From Octopus sinensis (Eukaryota): 11,632 nt of DNA. Shown here in pieces: positions 1 to 8,847 of the stretch. The notes beneath the pieces are model-generated. The model searched no databases. It was not told where the DNA came from and was given only the letters and a program-made list of their open reading frames with translations. The DNA lies in assembly GCF_006345805.1 (NCBI RefSeq), contig NW_021826945.1:1-11632 (forward strand), in the 5' to 3' direction. Numbering within the stretch: the first letter of the stretch is position 1; every line of letters begins with the position of its first letter. The position numbers were made by a program, and so were the translations under genes.

Positions 1-729
1 ATCCGTTTAACCCTTTCGTTACAAACCGCCCGAATTTACCTATTCAATTTAAATGAGAATATCAGAGTAAATCTCTTTAGTACATTCGTGAAAACACGTA
101 TTATACTTCGTAAACACTTCAATACAGTTTTGTACAAAAATCGAAGAGTAATTTTAATTCCGTGAATTATGGGAGATTTTTTTTTTTCCGAAATTTTGTT
201 CCTATTGTGTTTTCAAAATTTGTAATTCTGACAAAAACGGATACGAATTTCCTTATATCAAGCAGCAAGTCAGAATTCGAAGGATTTTCTACTGAAGACC
301 TTCATAAAGCTAACTCTATGACTGAAAAAAAAGCATCTTTATATAAGAGTGAAGTTTGTGGTGTCTGTCTCCTACGATTTAGATTCGTAACTACTCCCAC
401 ATTTTGCGGTGCAGTTAACCAAAAAGCGGGTATCTTATAGTCGTGATTCATATCGAGCCTTCTGGTATTACGCGCGTCTACGATGAGTCTACGATTTAAA
501 AAAAATTTACCATCATATTTTTCCATTTTAATGCATTTTTTTTTCGCTTTTATATAAGGAAAGAACTCTCTAAAAATATCTACGATGTTCAACGATTTAA
601 AAAAAAAATTACCTTAATTTTTTTTTCAATTTTTAATGCATGTTTTTGCTATTTTTTGGTTATAACTCTCTAAAAATGCTTATATAGTTATTTTCCTTAC
701 AACCCGAGCAACGCCGGCGATACTGCTAG
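1..729 (+). mobile_element. 3' portion of a probable non-autonomous Helitron (5' end not identified in the window)
   Basis: GC-rich hairpin CCG(A)GC-AAC-GC-CGG at 704-717, then CTAG at 726-729 and T at 730. This is the canonical Helitron 3' terminus (subterminal hairpin + CTRR, inserted before T). The upstream extent is assumed, not demonstrated. Confidence 0.6.
478..678 (+). repeat. Degenerate two-copy ~102-bp tandem repeat inside the Helitron-like segment
   Basis: CTACGATG..ACGATTTAAAAAAAA.TTACC...TTTTAATGCAT.TTTT...AACTCTCTAAAAAT occurs starting at 478 and again at 580. Confidence 0.8.
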
Positions 730-748
730 TATATATATATATATATAT
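730..748. repeat. (TA)n microsatellite
   Basis: Direct reading; it abuts the Helitron CTAG end. Confidence 0.9.
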
Positions 749-863
749 TGTTATATTTCGGAATGGTCTATTGCCATTTAGCCAATAAAAAACACACGCC
801 TATATATTTGGTGTTTTTTGCTTCAGTGATATTTATTTTTTACATTAACTTAATCTTATTTTC

Positions 864-907
864 GGCCAGAGTTCTTTCGTCACACTCCTGTGACCGCATC
901 ATGGTCC
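864..907 (-). ncRNA. Degenerate minimal (type I-like) hammerhead ribozyme candidate
   Basis: Minus strand reads GGACCA-UGAUGCG-GUCACA-GGAG-UGUGAC-GAAA-G-AA-C-UC-UGGCC: stem II is 6 bp perfect, GAAA is present, stem III is 2 bp, the cleavage triplet is CUC, and stem I is GG(A)CCA/UGGCC. The CUGANGA box is damaged (C3 missing, A9 changed). Confidence 0.45.
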
Positions 908-1232
908 TTTGTTTTCTCTTCTTTCGTATTTGTGTCTCTCCTTACTAACCATCAGCATTTTGTATTTATATTGTATGTCTTCATTTGCGCATGCTTAATC
1001 TCTATGTGCGTCTATGTTATTTAGTGGTGTTTGTGTGAGGGGATTGCCTGTAATATTTGTATCTTCTGTTTATATACATTCATGTAATTTGTATTTGTTT
1101 TTGTTGTTGTTGTTTTTGTTCTAATTTTGTTCATGTGTTTACAATCCACCCATTATTATCATTACATATGCTTGTATGTATGTATACACAACAATATTAG
1201 TAATAATAATAATAATCTAATCGAAAAAAAAA

Positions 1233-1312
1233 ATATATATATATATATACATATACACATATACATACATACATATATAATATATCTAATATTATATATA
1301 TATATGATATAT

Positions 1313-1345
<33 letters not shown>

Positions 1346-1381
1346 CATACATATATACATAGATATAATATACATATATAT
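1233..1381. repeat. (TA)n/(TACA)n compound microsatellite
   Basis: Direct reading. Confidence 0.95.
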
Positions 1382-1401
1382 AGTTATTCATTTCTATTTG
1401 T

Positions 1402-2566
1402 TTATTTATCTGTGTGTTTATTATGTTTTCGGGATCCTCTATCGTCATATGTTGTGGTGTGTGCTATTGTGCTCCATTCTAGTTTTCTATTCAGGCTAGG
1501 TTTATTTTCTATTATATGCGTAGCTTCTGTAATTGTCTATTATTATTGCATCTGTTGCATGTGTGGGACAATATCTTAATCTCTATGTTATGATTGATCC
1601 CCCGTGTCCTGGTCGGCGTGTGGTTCAGAATCGATGAGCTTTTTACCTTCCTTGAGTGTCTCCAATGTTCATACACCCCGCTCTCCTATGCTTCTTGCAG
1701 TTTCCCCTACGATGTTATTGTCTTGTTACTGCATCGTCCCTATACATCTTATACTATAGACTACATTTCTGGCTTTACAGTTTGTTTGTGGGCTAAATCT
1801 ACATACAGTGCAATACTTATCCTACAGGGGGTTCTACTAAAAGGATAGGTTCTACCAATTATAGATGTGATAGGGTTGCCTGGCTTTTCAACAACCTTAA
1901 TTCTAGTTTAAGTTTATCTAGGGTCCGTCTAAAGCGGTACGCCAGTTCACCCCACCGTCCAGGCGGTGTCAACGAACATGACACTCTGGTATTTATGGCT
2001 ATCATACCAAGAGTTGGCCTTCCCTATTTTCTTTTTTGTCCTTTCTATAGTGTTCCTGACTTGTTCCTATAGAGTGGGCAAATCCCATTCCTATCATTAC
2101 ATATATTATCAAATTTCTTCATGGCTCCTTTGTATACTCTGACCTTTCTTTATGGCTGTAACCTGAGAACTGCATGCGGTGAATGAAATACTGTATGTGT
2201 CTCTTTAATTCTGTAGGCTCGCACATGCGTGACACATTTCTCATATTCTGACGAGGTCTGCCATCAAATATTGAATTTGGCATTGCCCGCAATGGCTGAG
2301 TTACGGTGGATCAGGTATTTTGAGGCCATAGGTTTGGCATAGTATGAATGAAGGATTTGGGTTTTATTTTTCACAATTTCCAGCCAGAGTTCAGTGTCTA
2401 GTACTGGTAGTCTATGGTTGGGGTGTTTAGTGGGGTAGTCTATTGTGACCTTAATACTCTGGTGGATGGAGTTAGCTATTTGCTGGATGCTCTCCATAGT
2501 ATTAGTTTCTATTACTATATCAACATTACTCTCTTGTGGGGGTGCCTTTACCACTATGTTGATATC
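1402..2566 (-). pseudogene. PLE RT C-terminus + GIY-YIG endonuclease, multiply frameshifted
   Basis: Segments read DINIVVKA...KVTIDYPTKHPNHRLPVLDTELW...HSYYAKPMASKYLIHRNSAI (ORF 2264-2578), then LMADLVRIMRNVSRMCEPTELKRHIQYFIHRMQFSGYSHKER, NGICPLYRNK, SWYDSHKYQSVMFVD, GELAYRFR, IKVVEKPG, NCKARNVVYSIRC (1741-1782), VGETARSIGER (1678-1710), ITEATHI, LNRKLEW, and a stop near 1402. Confidence 0.85.
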
Positions 2567-2991
2567 ATAAGATGCCATAAGATAAAATACCGCACATTCG
2601 TTATCACTTGAATTCTACAAGAAAACCCCCTAGGGAGGGCAGTGAACCCTTTTGGACCACTTTTAAAATTCATACTATGGTCGCAGCAAAGCATCTTAAC
2701 TTTTGGAAATAACAGTCAATTTAAACGAAAGTTGACGCATTGGTTACTCATGTCCTACAAGTGGAATAGCGGATTTTTAAATCCCCCTGATTAAACTTTA
2801 GTTTTCTCAGTTAAATTTAAGATGATTGAATTTAATTTTGCACCCGGTTGTCTCCCCTGTGTAATTGCACCTCAATTAAGTGTGGAATGGGGAGTTAATT
2901 ATTTTTCCTTGAAATTTGGCATCGTTTCACACTCTTAACCAAGAAAGCGCGATCTCACCCAGGTGTAAATTTTAACATCTAGAGTATATGG

Positions 2992-3369
2992 ATTGTTAAT
3001 CACCCCACAGAATTTCTTAACTTTCTAGATCCACCCGGATTGCTACCACACTTATCGCACCTCAGGAATATGGAACGCGTCTGGTCGTCCAAAAGATAAT
3101 CCCTCGTGGTATTGAAGCAACAATACTTGCAGGATATGGTAAGGGGGATACTGTCTTCATACCAAGGATACCTCTCAGTAAAGACATTCCTTTCACATTC
3201 AGAAGGCCGCAATTCCCTCTTCGGCTCAGTTTCTCTATGCCGATTAACAAATCACAGGGTCAGGCACTGACGGTCATAGGGCTTAATTTAGAAGAGCCGT
3301 GCTTCTCCCATGTTCAACTATATGTTGGCTGCTCTCGAGTGGGTAACCGGCATAACCTGTTTATATCCG
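2992..3369 (+). pseudogene. Helitron RepHel Pif1-like (SF1B) helicase C-terminal fragment
   Basis: Frame +1 gives IVNHPTEFLNFLDPPGLLPH. After a frameshifting deletion, frame +3 gives YGTRLVVQKIIPRGIEATILAGYGKGDTVFIPRIPLSKDIPFTFRRPQFPLRLSFSMPINKSQGQALTVIGLNLEEPCFSHVQLYVGCSRVGNRHNLFI, matching Pif1/Helitron motifs (TINKSQGQ, FSHGQLYVxxSRV). Confidence 0.9.
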
Positions 3370-3391
3370 GAACAATCAAGGGCACCCCAGG

Positions 3392-3547
3392 TAATAGCAG
3401 CAGTAGTAGCAGTAGGAGAATCAGTAGTATCAGTAGCAACAGCCACAGCACTGATAGTAGTCGTGGTAGTAGTAGTAGTAGTAGTATTAGTAGCAGCAGT
3501 AGTAGCTGTAGTAATAGTAGTGGCAGCAGCAGTAGTAACTGTATTAA

Positions 3548-3591
<44 letters not shown>

Positions 3592-3875
3592 TCAAAAGTA
3601 ATAGTAGTAGTTGTAGTAGTAATAGTAGTAGTGGCAGCAGCACCAGCAGTAATACTAGTAATAGTAGTCGCAGCAGCAGCAGAAGTAATAATAGCAGTAG
3701 TAGTAGTAGTAGTAGCAGCAGCAGCAGCAGCAGCGGCAGTAGTAGTAGTAGTATAGTAGTAGTAGTAGTAGCAACAACAGCAATAGTAGTAGTAGTAGTA
3801 GTAGTACTAGTAGTAGTTGTCGTTGTAGTAGTAGTAGTAGCAACAGCAGCAATAGTAGTAGTACTAGTAGTGGTT

Positions 3876-3912
<37 letters not shown>

Positions 3913-3923
3913 CGGTGGTGGTG
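3392..3923 (+). repeat. (AGT)n/(AGC)n compound trinucleotide array ending in (GGT)n
   Basis: Direct reading; it is the source of the poly-Ser/Val/Leu artefact ORFs. Confidence 0.95.
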
Positions 3924-4351
3924 ACAGGCGCATTTATCGGTAAGGCAACTCTTGTTGCTATTGTTATTGTTCTTGTCTTTTGGTCGTTTTATTGCCCTGT
4001 TGCCCTGCAAAGGATAGTGATGTTGCCAGGTTTCCTGCATATTGGGGGTGAGATTATCTTGTCAGAGTGGCGGAATTATCTGTAACGCCATATTACTTAA
4101 TCTCTCTTTTAACATTTGTTTGGCAACCATTCTCACGCTTCAAATACAAATGACGCGAGACACAATGGCGAAGGGGGAAAAAAAACAAAGAAAAAAAAAA
4201 CAAAACGTAGGATACGACGAACGATGTGACGGCGATAATATAATAAGAACGATAAGGGCAAAAAAACAAAAAACAAACAAACAAAAGACAACAGCAACAG
4301 CAAAAAACTAAAAAAAAACAAAAGACAACGAAAAAGATTATGAAGAAGATG

Positions 4352-4398
4352 GCTGCTGCTGTTACTACTACTACTACTTCTACTACTGCTGCTGCTAG

Positions 4399-4445
<47 letters not shown>

Positions 4446-4568
4446 TTGCTGCTGCCGCTGCTGCTGCTGCCGCTGCTGCTGCTACTACTACTACTACCAC
4501 TACTACTTCTACTACTACTTCTACTACAACTGCTACTACTACTTCTACTACTGCTGCTGCTGCTGTTG

Positions 4569-4605
<37 letters not shown>
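4352..4605 (+). repeat. (ACT)n/(GCT)n compound trinucleotide array
   Basis: Direct reading. Confidence 0.95.
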
Positions 4606-4606
4606 A

Positions 4607-4819
4607 ATGATGGCAATGATGATAATGGTGATGATGGTGATGATGATGATGATGATGATGAGGAGGAGGAGGAGGAGGAGGAGGAGGAGGACGACGACGA
4701 CGACGACGACGATGATGACGACGACAATGGCGACGATGATGACGACAATGGCGACGATGATGATGATGACGATTACGATGATGATGATTACGATCATTAC
4801 GATGATGATGATGATGATG
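4607..4819 (+). repeat. (GAT)n-(GAG)n-(GAC)n compound trinucleotide array
   Basis: Direct reading. Confidence 0.95.
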
Positions 4820-4941
4820 AAATTAATAAGGGCTGATAACAGTGAAAGGTGATGTTAGTTGTTTTTGGTTGTTGTTGTCGTTGTTGGTGGTAGTGGTGGT
4901 GGTGGTTGTGTTTTGTAGTGTTTGCGGTGTTGGTTTAGGTG

Positions 4942-4988
4942 GTTATCGCGGTGATGAATGAGATATATTGTCGGGGTACCGCGATAAC
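4942..4988. other. Perfect 11-bp inverted repeat GTTATCGCGGT / ACCGCGATAAC with a 25-nt spacer
   Basis: Arms at 4942-4952 and 4978-4988 are exact reverse complements. Confidence 0.85.
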
Positions 4989-5121
4989 TAAATAAACAGA
5001 TAGAATGACAAAAAAATAATAAAGCAGAAACAAATGTGAGCAGAAAGGAATTAGATTTGTATTCTGGTGGATAAAGACCTACGTATAAATGCATACATAT
5101 ATTAATATATACAGATATGTA

Positions 5122-5255
5122 TTCATTCTTTTATTTTTTTTACTTGTTTTAGTTATTTGACTGCGGCCATGCTGGGGCACCACGTTGACGGGTTTAGTCG
5201 ATGGAATCGCCCTGCCCCAGAACTTTTGTGCTTTTTCGTGCTATCGATTTCTTTT

Positions 5256-5259
<4 letters not shown>
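5122..5259 (-). mobile_element. 3' fragment of a SINE, probably the same family as 8213-8578
   Basis: TACTTGTTTTAGTTATTTGACTGCGGCCATGCTGGGGCACC...TTTAGTCGA...CCCCAG...CTATCG..TTCTTTTG parallels GGGGTACCCCC..TTTAGTGG...CCCAG...CTGTCG..CTTTTGCC in the 8213-8578 copy. Confidence 0.7.
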
Positions 5260-5428
<169 letters not shown>

Positions 5429-6135
5429 CGCGAGTGTCGCGTTGCTCTCAAGCAACTCTGCCGTCCTGGGTCGACCTTAAGTGACTTCAACACAACCAAA
5501 GCATTCTATAGGGGTTTAGTGGAGGGGAGGTACGACGACGAGCTCGGGGCGAACCTGGACGTCGACGAGGAGTACCTGACCCGCCTGTTCGGGACGACTT
5601 TCGGGCCAGGGCCCATGGACAACTTCCAGAGATCCCTGGCCTGGCAGTGCTACCGAGAAGCGCTACCCGTTCGGGATAAGCTCTACAGACACGGCTCGAG
5701 AAACACGGGGCCGACCTGCCCGAGATGCGGTCAGAGCGACGAAACCGTTCTGCACGCACTCGTACAGTGTCCAACAATTTCCGACCTGTGGGCTTATGTC
5801 GAACAACTGCTGTCACGTGTGGGACGAGTCGGTTTATCAGCTGAGTCTATCGTCAATATTGTCACGCCTCCTTCCTTCAAACGGGAAGGAAGAGCTATTT
5901 TCATCATCCTTGTGGCTATGGCGAAAGAATGTATCTGGTGGACGCGTCTGAAAGGATTGGAGACAAACACTTTCCTCTCTGGTCAATCTCTCATCAACTT
6001 CTTCAAGTACCACTTGAAAAGGAAAGTGAGAGTAGAGAGGCAAGTTTTGTCTAGCGAATGTTTTAAAAAAGATGGGTGAATGTAGCAAGAATGGCACGTA
6101 TGAATGACGAAGCCACCTTGAGCATAGTCCTATGA
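5429..6135 (+). pseudogene. LINE ORF2p C-terminus with CCHC zinc knuckle (zf-RVT-like), Tx1-like
   Basis: RECRVALKQL...SLAWQCYREALPVRDKLYRHG...CPRCGQSDETVLHALVQC (C-x2-C-x8-H-x4-C at 5717-5770)...LWAYVEQLL...AKECIWWTRLK...FFKYHLKRKVRVER...FKK. Adding one A to the A6 run at 6065-6070 extends the frame through RWVNVARMARMNDEATLSIVL*. Confidence 0.85.
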
Positions 6136-6527
6136 ACCAAGAAATCGAAAACAGAGAGTTGCTTATTTGCAAAAAAAAAAAAAAAAAAAAAAAAAGAAAT
6201 ATAAATGTGACTTCATTGACCGAGGTAACCGTGGTCTTTTCCGTAGGCTTTTCTTTCCACGGGTAAACCTCACCTGTCCTCCCCTTTACACTTCATATTG
6301 ACATTTCATAACGATCCCTATTGATCAATTTTTTTTTCCTCTCCCCCCCTTTTTTTTTTTAACCCCCCCTTTTTTTTGTCCTCTTTCTCTCCTTTTACGA
6401 TCCATTTTGATCGAAACTCCCCCTTCCTTTTTTTTTTTTTTTTTTTTTTTTAAACCTTCAAAAGAAAAGCTCTACCTTGTAATTTGTTCTATCTGTGTGC
6501 AGCCCTGTGTGGCTAATAAAGAAACAT
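5429..6527 (+). mobile_element. 5'-truncated L1/Tx1-clade non-LTR retrotransposon (ORF2 3' end + 3' UTR)
   Basis: GC-rich, stop-free coding segment, then a stop at 6133-6135, A25 at 6171-6195, a pyrimidine-rich 3' UTR, AATAAA at 6515-6520, and (ATCT)n. The 3' boundary is inferred from the AATAAA. Confidence 0.8.
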
Positions 6528-6551
6528 ATCTATCTATCTATCTATCTATCT
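6528..6551 (+). repeat. (ATCT)6
   Basis: Begins 7 nt after the end of the AATAAA at the LINE 3' end. Confidence 0.95.
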
Positions 6552-6604
6552 TTTTTTGTTTTTTGCTTTCCTCTTTCTTTCCTTTTACGATCCCTTTTAA
6601 TTGA

Positions 6605-6656
<52 letters not shown>
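6605..6656 (+). repeat. (ATCT)13
   Basis: Direct reading. Confidence 0.95.
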
Positions 6657-6658
<2 letters not shown>

Positions 6659-6869
6659 TTTTGTTTTTTTAATTGAATTAAATCTGATGTTGCTGGACAA
6701 CTGGACAACTGAAACAAATGTCCTATTTATTAGAAAACGCTGAATATATTTGATATAACTTATTTGTTACAAAACTGAGTTCCTTTTAATATATGTATGT
6801 ATGTACATATGTATGTATTTACATATATTTATAGACATAACCATATCCATCCATACATATATGTCTAAA

Positions 6870-6925
6870 GTGTGTGTGTGTGTGTGTGTGTGCGTGTGTG
6901 TGTATGTGTATGTGTATATGTGTAT
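6870..6925. repeat. (GT)n/(GTAT)n microsatellite
   Basis: Direct reading. Confidence 0.9.
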
Positions 6926-7049
6926 GGCTCCACTTGCAAATTACATACATTGTCTTCTGATATCCTGAAAGTTGAATGACAAACGGTGTTAGTTGAGCAA
7001 TAAAGACTTAGAACTGTCAGATGATCGTCACCCTATCGTGATCATGCCA

Positions 7050-7620
7050 CGATGATGATCACGATGATGATAACGACGAAGATGATGATGATGATGATGA
7101 CAATGAAGATGATGATCATGATGATGATGATCACGATGATGATAACGACGAAGATGATGATGATGATGATAACGACGAAGATGATGATGATGATGATGAC
7201 AATGACGATGATGATTATGATGATGATGATCACGATGATGATAACGACGAAGATGATGATGATGATGAGGACAACGACGAAGATGATGATGATGATGGCA
7301 ATGACGATGATGATTATGATGATGATGATGATGATCACGATGATGATAACGACGAAGATGATGATGATGATGAGGACAACGACGAAGATGATGATGATGA
7401 TGGCAATGACGATGATGATTATGATGATGATGATGATGATCACGATGATGATAACGACGAAGATGATGATGATGATGAGGACAACGACGAAGATGATGAT
7501 GATGATGGCAATGACGATGATGATTATGATGATGATGATGATGATCACGATGATGATAACGACGAAGATGATGATGATGATGGCAATGACGATGATGATT
7601 ATGATGATGATGATGATGAC
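7050..7620 (+). repeat. (GAT)n-derived minisatellite with three apparently identical 105-bp higher-order units
   Basis: Units at 7229-7333, 7334-7438 and 7439-7543 (each translates as ITMMITTKMMMMMRTTTKMMMMMAMTMMIMMMMMM). A 75-bp unit at 7544-7618 lacks one 30-bp module, and diverged units lie upstream. Confidence 0.95.
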
Positions 7621-7802
7621 ATCATCATCATCATTCTTAATCATTATTGGCCAAACAACGAGCCTGTAAAGCACGAGAAAAGCTAGACTGTGCGTGTGAG
7701 AGAGAAAGCGATAGAAAGAGTAAGCGCGGTTGAGATTGACAAGATGATTTCGTGTTTGCATCGACTTCCTGTCTTTAACATTTGCCCGCCGAATAAATCA
7801 CA

Positions 7803-7846
7803 ATGATAATGATGACGACGACGACGATGATGATGATGTTGATGAC

Positions 7847-7888
<42 letters not shown>

Positions 7889-7910
7889 ATTGATGATGAT
7901 GATAATGATG

Positions 7911-7941
<31 letters not shown>

Positions 7942-7960
7942 TGATGATGAGGATGATGAT
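7803..7960 (+). repeat. (GAT)n array
   Basis: Direct reading. Confidence 0.95.
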
Positions 7961-8013
7961 AAAGTGATGATCGTAATCATCGTATCATCGCAGCCTCCAT
8001 AAGCGCCATCGTA

Positions 8014-8044
8014 GTGGTGGTGGTGGTGGTGGTGGTGGTGGTGG
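8014..8044 (+). repeat. (GTG)n array
   Basis: Direct reading. Confidence 0.9.
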
Positions 8045-8212
8045 ATTAGTCTTCGACCATCGTTATCGCTGTCATCGCTATAATCATCATCACCGTACAT
8101 CAAGGGGATCGATGTAATCGATTAAACCCCACGCCCTCCACCCACCGCTCACCGCCTCATAAAAAAATTTTAAGACATCGTGTGTCTATAGGAAAAAAGG
8201 AATACTATCTTT

Positions 8213-8578
8213 TATGGCGGGGGTACCCCCTTGAAAAATGTTTAGTGGAATGAATTGATCCCAGCACCTGTTTTTTTTTTAAGCCTTGTATGTATTCTGT
8301 CGGTATACTTTTGCCGAACCGCTAAGTTACGGAGACATAAGTACACCCACAGTAATTGGAACTGGTGGTGGGGGACAAACACAGACACAGTGAAACACAC
8401 ATACACACAGATACATGTACAGCAGAGTTCTTTCGGTTTCCGTCTGCCAAATTCAATACCAAAGTCACAAAGCTTTGGCTGGTCCGAGGCTATAGTAGAA
8501 GACACTTGCCTAAGGTGCCACGCAGTGAAACTGAACTCGGAACCATGTAGCTTCTTACTACACAGCCATTACAGCCTC
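8213..8578 (-). mobile_element. tRNA-derived SINE with a CORE-like segment (octopus-type)
   Basis: Minus strand shows an A-box-like TGGCTGTGTAGT and a B-box-like GAGTTCAGTTTC, then CACCTTAGGCAAGTGTCTT (resembles the CORE motif CCTTGGGCAAGT), an internal GT-rich tract, and a body ending near 8213. The family name needs an alignment to confirm. Confidence 0.8.
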
Positions 8579-8847
8579 TTGACGGATGAATTGCAAAAAC
8601 AAAAAGAATAAGAAAAAATAAGAAGAATGGAGAAAATATCGCAGAACTTTGTCGAACGAAATAGAATGTTTAACTGTTGCATTGCCGTAAGTCTATCATC
8701 GTACCTTCGTTCAATATTCAATACGATATCCTAAGCCCGTACTTCTTCCGTTCAATATCTCTGGGTATTCCACCACAAATGTTGGACGAAATAAAAATCC
8801 ATAACGGTTCCAGTACGCCGCCTTGTCATACCTTATTTATCTTATAT

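Larger units (their letters stand above)
750..2570 (-). mobile_element. 5'-truncated Penelope-like retroelement (PLE), including a presumed 3' UTR/pseudo-LTR
   Basis: Minus-strand translation across frameshifts gives an RT C-terminus/thumb followed by a GIY-YIG endonuclease, the diagnostic PLE domain order. The 3' boundary (~750) is a guess. Confidence 0.8.

Noticed and set aside
920-956. Second hammerhead-like string on the minus strand (CUGAUGG...UAC-GAAAG)
   Set aside because: Stem II is only about 3 bp, and there is no cleavage triplet or stem I pairing.
2983-3396. AG acceptor (2981-2982) and CAG|GTAATA donor (3391) bracketing the helicase fragment as a 408-bp exon
   Set aside because: No single frame is open across the interval (stop at 3097 in frame +1, stop at 3018 in frame +3), and the acceptor is weak.
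3237-4852. Long ORFs rich in Ser, Val, Leu, Thr, Ala or Met (e.g. 3237-4085, 3310-3756, 4093-4797, 4340-4852)
   Set aside because: These are stop-free frames of trinucleotide arrays. Only the first ~44 codons of 3237-4085 are real, and they are Helitron helicase.
7229-7618. CRISPR-like reading of the regular repeats
   Set aside because: The units are contiguous with no unique spacers, and the context is eukaryotic.
7042-7686. Open Asp-rich frame (DHDDDNDEDDDDD...) resembling acidic biomineral proteins
   Set aside because: It has no ATG, and the nearest upstream AG leads into stop codons in all frames. Any (GAT)n array is trivially open in the Asp frame.
7640-7720. Strong-looking minus-strand splice acceptor (pyrimidine tract + TTACAG|G near 7666)
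   Set aside because: The only open downstream frame is the poly-Ile reading of the (ATC)n array, and no plausible exon product was found.
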